A stretch of DNA of 64,000 nt from positions 52,062 through 116,061 of IMG/VR virus record IMGVR_UViG_3300028805_000078, one strand, 5' to 3'. The position numbers and the translations under genes were made by a program. The notes under the pieces were generated by a model that was given only the letters and a program-made list of their open reading frames with translations, made no database searches and was not told where the DNA came from. Every line of letters starts with the position of its first letter. Position 1 is the first letter of the stretch. This document shows positions 40,006 to 48,145 of the stretch, piece after piece. This DNA is from a virus. Lineage: Duplodnaviria; Caudoviricetes.

Positions 40006-40683
40006 TTAGATATGCAAATCTGCGAATGTCACATAACAATCTGGCGCATTCAAAACGAAATCGTCAAATTCTTTTACGTAAGCATCCCAGGATTCTGCCG
40101 TAGAATCGTCACACGCAAACCATCCCATAGTTCCGGGCGAATGCCATTCACCATCGGGAGTTATGAAGCTGTAAGGAACCGTTCTGGCAGCATACTTAAT
40201 ATAATTGTCCTTTGTTTTGAAACGTTCGAGATAATACTCTCTTGTGTAGTATGCTTTCGCATCGGGGTCTTTGCCTTCTACGTATTCTTCCCAGAACGAC
40301 GCCGCTTCACGCCCGCTTTCTTCGTCAACTTTAAAGAAATCTACACTGTGTTTCCTAAGCCAGCCACTATTCGTATAACGATGGCGCGATTTCAGCTCGA
40401 ATAAGTAGTCTTTACCGTCTATCGTATACCAATCCCAATAGCCGTTTGGGTTATACCAATATCCCCACTGGTCATTCTCGTACACGTAATGGAAGTTTTT
40501 GACATAACTATCAAAAGTCCAGTTTTTGTTCTCAATGCAGAATTTTTCAAACCTGTCTTTCAATTCTTCTTCCGTGATTGGCTGAAATACGTAATACTTT
40601 TTATCACATTCGTTATACGGTTCAAGCAGGGCATGAAAATCGTCTGGCGATTTTGCGAATACGGCGCAGCAATAATGACTCAT
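40006..40683 (-). CDS. Conserved phage hypothetical protein
   Basis: MSHY...NPNGYWDWY...ITPDGEWH..G.MGWF motifs. Confidence 0.65.
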   Translation of the reverse strand: MSHYCCAVFAKSPDDFHALLEPYNECDKKYYVFQPITEEELKDRFEKFCIENKNWTFDSYVKNFHYVYENDQWGYWYNPNGYWDWYTIDGKDYLFELKSRHRYTNSGWLRKHSVDFFKVDEESGREAASFWEEYVEGKDPDAKAYYTREYYLERFKTKDNYIKYAARTVPYSFITPDGEWHSPGTMGWFACDDSTAESWDAYVKEFDDFVLNAPDCYVTFADLHI

Positions 40684-40994
40684 GCGTGATATACCCCACT
40701 CTCAATTTTGCTGATTGCATGATCGATGTACCATCTGGCCTTGCGGAGATCCTCAACAGGCTTCTGCTTCTCTTTAAAACGCCACAGGTACTTGATTGCA
40801 TTCCCTACGCAGAAGTCAAGACCGAAACCGCAGGCGTCAAGCGCGTCAATGCACTCAACCCCACCCTGATTATAATGATCAGGATGATTTACTGCGCTAT
40901 GTACCGTGAAATCATCCTGTTCGCAATCAGGTGCAAATTCTTCCCAGGGACGAAGTGCTGTATTTTCTGTCTTTAAATCATTTGTTACGATCAT
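40680..40994 (-). CDS. DUF3310 protein (T7 gp1.7-like nucleotide kinase family)
   Basis: VNHPDHY...ECID...FCVGNAIKYLWR...EDLRKARWY. Confidence 0.85.
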   Translation of the reverse strand: MIVTNDLKTENTALRPWEEFAPDCEQDDFTVHSAVNHPDHYNQGGVECIDALDACGFGLDFCVGNAIKYLWRFKEKQKPVEDLRKARWYIDHAISKIESGVYHA

Positions 40995-41010
40995 AAATTA
41001 CTCCATGCTA

Positions 41011-41763
41011 TTATTGAAGTTGAATAATATCGTTAAACAGGAAGTGTATGTCTCCGTCTATCCTGTTCGTGTGCCAATGGCCGCAATACCATTTGTCGAA
41101 CGTGATTTCGTCTTTTATGTCCGCAAGGAAGTTTTCCATCGTTCGATCTATCTTTGACTGATCTATGTTCGGAAGGAACATATCACGCGGCTCATATCCT
41201 GCAGGACAGGTGTGAGTAAACACGTAGTCATAATCAGCGTGTTCATTTGTCCGCACTATCAAAGCTCGTTCACTTTGAGACAACTGTTCGTCTGCAAACC
41301 AACGGTAGTTGTGGTTTCCGAGATCGTACATTTCAAGACGATAATCTTTATCTACGGAGTACGCGCCGCCGATTACGAGCGTACGTTTCTTTACACCGTT
41401 CACGTTCAGTGTGTAATGTTCTCCGTCTTCCATGTAGAGAATAGACGGAAACTCACTTTCATACATGAAGAAACCACAGTACTCTTCCGCAGAAATGAAT
41501 TTATCTTTTTTATCTTCTTCGTTCCATCCCGTTCCGGGGCGTGCTTCATGGTTGCCGCGAACAAGCATCAGCGTGATCGGAAGCGCTTCGAGCTTCTGTT
41601 TAAGCTTCTTGTCGCGCTTATCGAGATAGTAATTCACGCCTGCATCACCAAGGATGATAAGCACATCGTGTTTTGTCGTCTTAACTTTGTTGCAGAAATC
41701 AATGACTCTTGCAAACACGCCATGCGTATCTCCTGTTACATAGAAATTTCCAATCGGTTCCAA
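41011..41763 (-). CDS. Calcineurin-like metallophosphoesterase
   Basis: GDTHG, LGDAG, RGNHE, THTCP and CGHWH motifs. Confidence 0.88.
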   Translation of the reverse strand: MEPIGNFYVTGDTHGVFARVIDFCNKVKTTKHDVLIILGDAGVNYYLDKRDKKLKQKLEALPITLMLVRGNHEARPGTGWNEEDKKDKFISAEEYCGFFMYESEFPSILYMEDGEHYTLNVNGVKKRTLVIGGAYSVDKDYRLEMYDLGNHNYRWFADEQLSQSERALIVRTNEHADYDYVFTHTCPAGYEPRDMFLPNIDQSKIDRTMENFLADIKDEITFDKWYCGHWHTNRIDGDIHFLFNDIIQLQ

Positions 41764-41801
41764 CGGTTCACCTTCTTTCGTTCCGTTTATTCTCTTTTTT
41801 A

Positions 41802-41843
41802 TTCTTTTTCTTTCCCTTATAGGTCATTAGTGAATGATTACAT
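41802..41843 (-). promoter_or_regulatory. Conserved phage motif, copy 3
   Basis: ATGTAATCATTCACTAA-tgac-CTATAAGGGAAAGAAAAAGAA directly after the GH25 stop. Confidence 0.75.
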
Positions 41844-41844
41844 T

Positions 41845-42624
41845 TTAATACTCACGGCCAGTGAACCAGCTCAAAGGTTTAGCGCCTTTCAAATGACTCA
41901 GATCTCCCTGTTTTGTGCTTCCGGGTATCTTACCTTTATCGGTAAACTGATGAAGATCTACCTTGTTCGTACACTTTAATGACGCAAGCTCTACGCCGTC
42001 ATCGAGACCGTTGTTCTTTCCGTAGCTCGCAATCCAGATTGTATCGAAGAGATCCTGCAGCTTTTTATAGTAGGTCGAATACAACCAGTCTCCCGTGTAC
42101 TGACCAACTTTTTCAGCGCCAAGCTCGCGCAGATGCGCCACATAACTCTTGATGAATTCCATCTCTTCGCCGCGCTGAACACCCGTGGCAAGCTGCTCTG
42201 TGTCAATATAGTAGACGCGTGGATTATATTTACTCGCCACCTCATAGAGCTTTTCAGCCTGCTGTATAGCCATTCTGTTGCCTGTAAGCGTAACGTAATC
42301 GTATACACCGAAAGGCATGCCGCGCTTTACAAGTTCCTGCGCCCACTTTTCAAACCGAATATCGGTCTTTTGACAGTACCTTGCACGCAGGATAACGAAA
42401 TCCACGTTTGCACACAGCGTATCGAAATCCGGATCTGAATCGTACGACGAAAGATCCACGATCAGATTGTGCACAGGATATACATTTGCTTTCGGCTTTT
42501 CTTTTATACCTATAGCGGCATCAGCAAATCCTTTGGAATAGCCTTCCTCGTATGCTTCCTGTAAAAAGGCGCGGAACCTGTCTGTCTGTTCCTGCGTAAG
42601 TACATATTCAATATTATTATACAT
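41845..42624 (-). CDS. GH25 muramidase
   Basis: VDLSSY, FVILR, YIDTE (DxE), WIASY, LHQFT and GDLS motifs. Confidence 0.82.
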   Translation of the reverse strand: MYNNIEYVLTQEQTDRFRAFLQEAYEEGYSKGFADAAIGIKEKPKANVYPVHNLIVDLSSYDSDPDFDTLCANVDFVILRARYCQKTDIRFEKWAQELVKRGMPFGVYDYVTLTGNRMAIQQAEKLYEVASKYNPRVYYIDTEQLATGVQRGEEMEFIKSYVAHLRELGAEKVGQYTGDWLYSTYYKKLQDLFDTIWIASYGKNNGLDDGVELASLKCTNKVDLHQFTDKGKIPGSTKQGDLSHLKGAKPLSWFTGREY

Positions 42625-43900
42625 TTGATTTTTTCCCCCTGAGAATTACATTCAGAAGCACGCCGAGTACCATCGCAAGGCTTACACCGGCGAAACTTTC
42701 GCTAAATAACCATATTCCGCTTACACCTACAGTCAGGATAACACTGACGATGACAAGATTCTTATTGTCATTCAGGTCCGCTCCGCTTCTCAGCAGCGTC
42801 TTGAGTCCGGATACGATGATGTAACCGTACAGGATCATTGCACAGCCGCCAAACACACACGCAGGAACAGAACGTATAAATGCCTGTACCGGCGCAATAA
42901 ATGAAAGCGCGATAATCATGAACGCAGCTGTAGAAATTACACGTACGGATGCTACACGGCTGAAACCTGTCGTTGCGATACTTTCACCGTATGACGTATT
43001 CGGGAGACCGCACAGTACAGTACCGAGGAAGCTCGCGCAGCCGTCTCCGAGAAGTGTTTTATGAAGACCAGGCGTTTCGGTTAAGTCTGTACCTATAATA
43101 TTGCTGAGCACTTTGTGATCAGAATAATGTTCAAGCAGCGCGCATACAGCCACAGGAATAAACAATGCAATAACCTTGACAATATTGCCCGAAATTGCCG
43201 AAATGTTTGCATTCAGGAAAGTGAATTCAGGTACTGCAAAGAAAGAACTTATATGAAACTCCGCAAAATTGATTAAATTGCAGACGTTTGTCAAAGTCAG
43301 CACGAGCGCAAGAAGATAACCGGCAGCAAGACCGAGCAAAAACGGCACGGTTTTCAGGAAACCTTTAAAGTAATGTGAGGAAACCGCTACAACAGTCATT
43401 GTGAACAGCGCAACGAGTACACCCCACATATTGTAAGCGCTGGCAACCTGTACGTATGTCGGAATAAAGCCCGCAAGATTCAAGCCGATGACCATAGTTG
43501 TCGGTCCAACAATAATTGCCGGGAAAATCCTGTCAAGCGCAGCCTTTCCGGCCATGTTAACGATAAGAGAGAATACCCCGTACACCAAAAGGATAACGAG
43601 ACCACCGAGCATCACCGTCGAATAATCTCCGTTGGACGCTGCAAGTGCGCCGATCACCGCAGAGCACGTTGCGCCGCATGAAGAGATAAACATAGGTGAT
43701 TTGAAGCCCGTGATAAGCTGATAAAGCAACGTAGCGCAACCGGCACCGAACAAGCACGACGACACAGGTGTGCCGCAAATGTTCGCAATCAATACCGTGG
43801 CTACAAATACGGCCATCAGCTGCTGCAAGGCATAAAAGAACAATTCACGGAGCGTTTTCGGTTTGTCGGAAATGTCATACAGAAGATTTTTATTCTGCAT
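42617..43900 (-). CDS. uraA: NCS2 (UraA/PyrP-like) nucleobase permease
   Basis: ALQQLMA, PMFISS, EHYSDH, GDG and PNTSYGES motifs; many TM helices. Confidence 0.85.
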   Translation of the reverse strand: MQNKNLLYDISDKPKTLRELFFYALQQLMAVFVATVLIANICGTPVSSCLFGAGCATLLYQLITGFKSPMFISSCGATCSAVIGALAASNGDYSTVMLGGLVILLVYGVFSLIVNMAGKAALDRIFPAIIVGPTTMVIGLNLAGFIPTYVQVASAYNMWGVLVALFTMTVVAVSSHYFKGFLKTVPFLLGLAAGYLLALVLTLTNVCNLINFAEFHISSFFAVPEFTFLNANISAISGNIVKVIALFIPVAVCALLEHYSDHKVLSNIIGTDLTETPGLHKTLLGDGCASFLGTVLCGLPNTSYGESIATTGFSRVASVRVISTAAFMIIALSFIAPVQAFIRSVPACVFGGCAMILYGYIIVSGLKTLLRSGADLNDNKNLVIVSVILTVGVSGIWLFSESFAGVSLAMVLGVLLNVILRGKKSNV

Positions 43901-44570
43901 TTGCGGCCTCCGTTGAAGTTTCTTCCTTGTTTGCAGATTCCTTAATGAGCGGCAGGATTTCTTTGAAATCAGAATGCAGTGTATGATCCTTCGTGCAATA
44001 AAGGATCATTCCGTAGAGCATCTGATTGATAGAGAAGGACCTGCGCCAGTCCTTTTCATTTAAATGATTCGTTCGGATGTCAAAATAATGGGCATAAATA
44101 TCCTTTGAGAGAATATGGCGCATGAAAGAAAGCGTTTCGGAACCAAAGCGCATTAAAAATAGTTGCGCAAACTGTTCCTCGGTAATGTTTTCATCATGCC
44201 TAATCTCTTCTTCTATCTTTTCCGCAGTCTGCTGAAGGATTGCGGCTGCAACCTTCCAACCGTAGAGCGTTCCAAGCTCGCACATTGTACCGATTGCCGA
44301 CTGTTCAGGACAGATTGCAACGATATCGCTGTTCCAAAGACGTTTGATATCTTCTTCAGTGATCTTTTCGGCGAGTACGTTGTTCTGCTCCTCCGTCATA
44401 GCAGACTTGTCGTTGATGTCTTTATTCATAGCGGGAGAATAGACTTCCGCGTTGATGTTTTCGTTTCGGAAAGAAAAAAGCTCGTATTCGCGGGCCAACT
44501 GCGAGCCTTTCGTCATAATATCGCCCGCAAGATAGACTAAAGGTTTGTTAGATTGATTTTCGTTAACCAT
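43890..44570 (-). CDS. Nucleoside 2-deoxyribosyltransferase-like protein
   Basis: VYLAG, YSP, DIKRLWNSD and SAIGTMCELG (catalytic Glu motif). Confidence 0.75.
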   Translation of the reverse strand: MVNENQSNKPLVYLAGDIMTKGSQLAREYELFSFRNENINAEVYSPAMNKDINDKSAMTEEQNNVLAEKITEEDIKRLWNSDIVAICPEQSAIGTMCELGTLYGWKVAAAILQQTAEKIEEEIRHDENITEEQFAQLFLMRFGSETLSFMRHILSKDIYAHYFDIRTNHLNEKDWRRSFSINQMLYGMILYCTKDHTLHSDFKEILPLIKESANKEETSTEAANAE

Positions 44571-44720
44571 ATGTTCCCCAATCTTGTTTGATTATTTCGT
44601 AATTCGCCTTTCTCATACGTCCGCGACGTTGAGCTTTCACGGACTATCCGTTCCGTGGGCATGTTGCCGCCCATGATGCGCTTGCAAGCAGAGGCGTTGG
44701 CAGGTCTGTTATCTCACTGT

Positions 44721-44853
44721 TTATGCGGGTGAGGATTTGCACCTCACATAGGAGCATTGATACACGCAGGATTTGTACCGTCTTTATCACGGCTACCTGT
44801 TTCGAGGTATCTCCCTTAGACTGATAAGCGTCTACCTATTCCGCCACCGCATA
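44721..44853 (-). ncRNA. tRNA-like RNA A (no anticodon arm; 78-nt insert)
   Basis: Acceptor stem TATGCGG/CCGCATA, Leu-type D arm GCGGAATAGGTAGACGC, T arm GTGAGG-TGCAAAT-CCTCAC. Confidence 0.75.
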
Positions 44854-45324
44854 CAAAACTGTCAATTATTCGCCCTGTTCCTCATTCGCGTACTTTACAC
44901 CTGCGTTGGTATTTTGGCTTTTTGCCAATGCAAAATTTTTCGGCATTGATTAAGCATTCGTAGCCGCCATCATTGCGCATCCACAAGTGTTTACAGCCTT
45001 CGCAGGTTTCAACATTTTTTTCATGCCGTGATTCATCATTCCAGTTGTATGGCTTGCTAATCCAAGCATACAATATTGGACAAACAACAACTAAGCAGAA
45101 CAGGGCATATATAAGTATAATTATCATTCTAATATTCCTTTATTCGATATCGCTCGCTGTAAATACTCCAATTGCTCGTTCAACATCGCGCAGTAATCGA
45201 TATATTCCTTATATGCTTGTTGTTTTTCGTTCTCTATTTCGCGAATCTTCGCGGCTATCATGATCGGCGTCCAATCGGATATGTCTTCATATCCTTTTTT
45301 GCCATACTTATTGAGGCCCATTTA

Positions 45325-45846
45325 TTATCTTGCTCCCGTAGAACCAAAGCCGCCTCTGTTTTCGTCGGACAGGTGTTCTTTCGTTTCAAATTCAATATTT
45401 ACAGCTTCTGGATCAAGATAACTACGTTGAACCATAACATCTCTTTCAGGGCAAACTTCTATACGTACAGTTGGAAATATTCCCATCTTGGGCATTATTC
45501 TGAACTGCGCAATACGATCTCCTTTTTTGATCGAACACTGTGCCGCGAGACAATAGACGGGCATCTTCCACTCGTCATCATCGCCAGAATAACTCTCATC
45601 GATTACTCCCACAGAGTTGGTTTGAATTATTCCGTAGCGAGCAAACGTCGAAGATCTCGGAGCGAGATGCGCTTCGTATCCTTCCGGGAGTTTAACAGCT
45701 ATGCCAAGCGGAATCAGCGTGCTTTGTCCGTGTACGAGAAAAACATCTTTGGCAGCCCGCAAATCAACCCAATCACTTTTCCCAGCCACAAATTCAAGAG
45801 GCGGCTGTTCGGTAAGATACTTTACCTTGATGTTTAAAGGCTTCAT
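45325..45846 (-). CDS. dut: Trimeric dUTPase
   Basis: DLRAA, PRSS, GVIDESYSG, GDRIAQ and RGGFGSTG motifs. Confidence 0.93.
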   Translation of the reverse strand: MKPLNIKVKYLTEQPPLEFVAGKSDWVDLRAAKDVFLVHGQSTLIPLGIAVKLPEGYEAHLAPRSSTFARYGIIQTNSVGVIDESYSGDDDEWKMPVYCLAAQCSIKKGDRIAQFRIMPKMGIFPTVRIEVCPERDVMVQRSYLDPEAVNIEFETKEHLSDENRGGFGSTGAR

Positions 45847-45918
45847 GAATTCTCCTTTTACAGATGGATTGTTAAAGAAACTCAGGCACTTATATAAAGC
45901 GCCTGAGTATCATAAAAC

Positions 45919-46551
45919 TTACATAATTTCGTCGAGCGATTCGACAATTTTGTCACAGACAGAATACTTCAGACAATCTTCGGCGTTCAAAGTCCAGTCA
46001 TTAGACCTCTTCCTGAACAGAAGATTCCTCGGGATCTGCGTTTGCGTAATTACAAACTCCTTCATCCGCTTCAGGTCTTCCTTATAACTGTCCATCGCAT
46101 CCATAACTTTCGTGGCGTCACCTTTTACTTCAGTGGAACCTTCATGAATGACAACTTTTGAAGACGGCAGAGCGAAGCGCTTATGTCCACTCATAAAGAT
46201 AAGACCGGCACCAGAAGACGCAAAGCCAAGATTTACCGTATACACAGGCGTTTTGCTCATCTTGATGACGTCGATCAACGCATAGGTGTAATCGATATAA
46301 CCGCCCGGAGACATGATGTATACCCAGATGGGTTTTCTGTTTTCAGGTTCAATGTCTTTATCCTGCTCGTTTATCAGGAAGATCGCGCGCTGAAGACCCA
46401 TCACGTTTTCATCGATCTCAAAGTCAAGATAAAACTTCCGTTCGTTGATCAACTTCCACAGGTTCACAACGTCGGGTTCGGGAAGCGTAGTGTTCGGCAG
46501 TTCAAGTTGCATGTCTGCTAGCATTTGCTGAAGCATTTGTTCAAATTCCAT
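45919..46551 (-). CDS. clpP: ClpP-like protease subunit
   Basis: PIWVYIMSPGG, GFASSGA (Ser), VIHEG (His) and a downstream Asp. Confidence 0.85.
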   Translation of the reverse strand: MEFEQMLQQMLADMQLELPNTTLPEPDVVNLWKLINERKFYLDFEIDENVMGLQRAIFLINEQDKDIEPENRKPIWVYIMSPGGYIDYTYALIDVIKMSKTPVYTVNLGFASSGAGLIFMSGHKRFALPSSKVVIHEGSTEVKGDATKVMDAMDSYKEDLKRMKEFVITQTQIPRNLLFRKRSNDWTLNAEDCLKYSVCDKIVESLDEIM

Positions 46552-46567
46552 TCATTGTCCTTTCCGG

Positions 46568-47311
46568 TCACAGTTCATCCGCAGTAGACGACACTATGCC
46601 ACGATAATTATGAGTGAGATAATTCACAGAAGCAAACGGTTTATCTTTAAACAACTCTATCGCACGCGCAAACCCTGCGTTTTCCTTGCGCTTCAGTAGA
46701 TCGCACTGGCCCGTATGTCCTATTACGATCGTTTTGCAATTGTCGGTAATGCGCGTAAGCGTTTTCTTCAGTTCGTCAAGATAAAAGTTCTGCGCTTCAT
46801 CTATGATAATAACTTTATTGTCAAAAGTTATACCACGGAGATAGTTGTGTGATCTAAGATCAATGTATGCCGTATCGAATTTCGCAGAAATGTTTTCCGG
46901 CTGCTCCTGTTTGACGGCAGTATAAACATTTATTCCAGCTTTAACAGCCGCTTCGTAAAAAGGTTCGCAATAAACGAGCGTCTTTTCCTGTGCTGATCCA
47001 GGAAGAAAGCCTATGCGTTCTTCCTGAACCGGTGCTGTTATATAAACTATCCCGTCATAGCGTTCACTTTGCACAAGAAGTTCGGCTGTCATTACTGCAA
47101 GCGTTGTTTTGCCGGTTCCCGATACTGAATTACAGAATACGATCAGCTTGTCTTTAGACCAGATCGCGTCGCGATAAGCGCGCTGTTCCTCGTCAAGTTC
47201 GAGACCGAAATACGGTCTGTTATCGAATGTTTCCGGAAAGTTTCGCTTCGGACGCTGCTCTTTATAGGTTACACCTATTTGTTTCTTACTGCTGTTGTTC
47301 TTTTTCGCCAT
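46568..47311 (-). CDS. phoH: PhoH-like ATPase
   Basis: GTGKT, IGFLPG, YLRG.TF, IIDEAQN, LTR and GH.GQCD motifs. Confidence 0.9.
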   Translation of the reverse strand: MAKKNNSSKKQIGVTYKEQRPKRNFPETFDNRPYFGLELDEEQRAYRDAIWSKDKLIVFCNSVSGTGKTTLAVMTAELLVQSERYDGIVYITAPVQEERIGFLPGSAQEKTLVYCEPFYEAAVKAGINVYTAVKQEQPENISAKFDTAYIDLRSHNYLRGITFDNKVIIIDEAQNFYLDELKKTLTRITDNCKTIVIGHTGQCDLLKRKENAGFARAIELFKDKPFASVNYLTHNYRGIVSSTADEL

Positions 47312-47513
47312 CAGGAACTTCTTTCTTGTAGTATAAACCACAATGACAGTAGCCTTCAGTCTGTTTACGTCTGAAAGCGCGGCACTGGCACAGCGTGTTT
47401 ATACTTTTTACAAGCGAACAAGGACAATAGCCGTCGTTATCCTTGAGCGCCTGTACAATTTCTTTCACCTTGTTTTTATCCGGGTTGGTAAAAGTCTTTA
47501 ACACATTTAACAC
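47286..47513 (-). CDS. Ferredoxin-thioredoxin reductase catalytic-subunit-like protein
   Basis: GYCPC...CQC...CHCGLY. Confidence 0.8.
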   Translation of the reverse strand: MLNVLKTFTNPDKNKVKEIVQALKDNDGYCPCSLVKSINTLCQCRAFRRKQTEGYCHCGLYYKKEVPDGEKEQQQ

Positions 47514-47980
47514 AACCTTTCTGCATATTGATTGTCACTGGCGAGTTTTACGCCGAGTAACAGGGATTCGGAACTTTCCCTGTCGGGAATATATCTGCCA
47601 TATTTAATGATGATATTCCCGAAAGGGTATAAAAGATTTAGCTGCGAAGTAATTTCATGTTTGTTATACCCCGTATAGATCACGATGTCATCGTTCATGA
47701 ATTTACGAAACTCTTTAATGAGATCGAGCATTTCCTCAAAGCTGTCGAACGGTTCGAGCCCGCCGAATACGATCGCTTTCGAGATCGGGTTTCTGATATA
47801 CCTGTCAACGATCTCTTTCACATCAATCTTAATCAACGGAAGCTTTGCGATTTCAGAATTCTGACAGCAGGATTTGCCGCATTCCTTTTCACATTTGAAC
47901 GTACAATACGGAAAGATAACAAACATAGACGGGAGTTTGTAGTTGACAAAATCCTCGTCTACGAGACCTTTAATAATCAT
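47507..47980 (-). CDS. nrdG: Class III RNR activase
   Basis: DFVNY, C.FKC...CCQN, GGLEP, YTGY, KYGRY and SDNQ motifs; next to nrdD. Confidence 0.85.
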   Translation of the reverse strand: MIIKGLVDEDFVNYKLPSMFVIFPYCTFKCEKECGKSCCQNSEIAKLPLIKIDVKEIVDRYIRNPISKAIVFGGLEPFDSFEEMLDLIKEFRKFMNDDIVIYTGYNKHEITSQLNLLYPFGNIIIKYGRYIPDRESSESLLLGVKLASDNQYAERLC

Positions 47981-48145
47981 GCTTTTGTATAAGTGATATA
48001 CGTATCCGGATTATCTGCGATACATATTTGCCATGACGACAATTCGGCCAAACATTCCCACGGAACACCAAGCACACACGCAATCAATCTCCTGCGTGGT
48101 TTGTCGGCACAGAAACAGTATTCAACAGCTTTTGCCAACCTTTTG

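Noticed and set aside
44580-44720. Theta (HDV-like) or twister-sister ribozyme after the tRNA-like element
   Set aside because: I could not build the HDV nested double pseudoknot. CUG..UGCAAG resembles twister-sister P4/L4, but the stem does not pair. Left as an unassigned motif.
44721-44853. A canonical tRNA-Leu, or a tRNA with a group I intron
   Set aside because: No pairing anticodon stem; the T-loop is UGCAAAU; the insert is too short and lacks group I core motifs.
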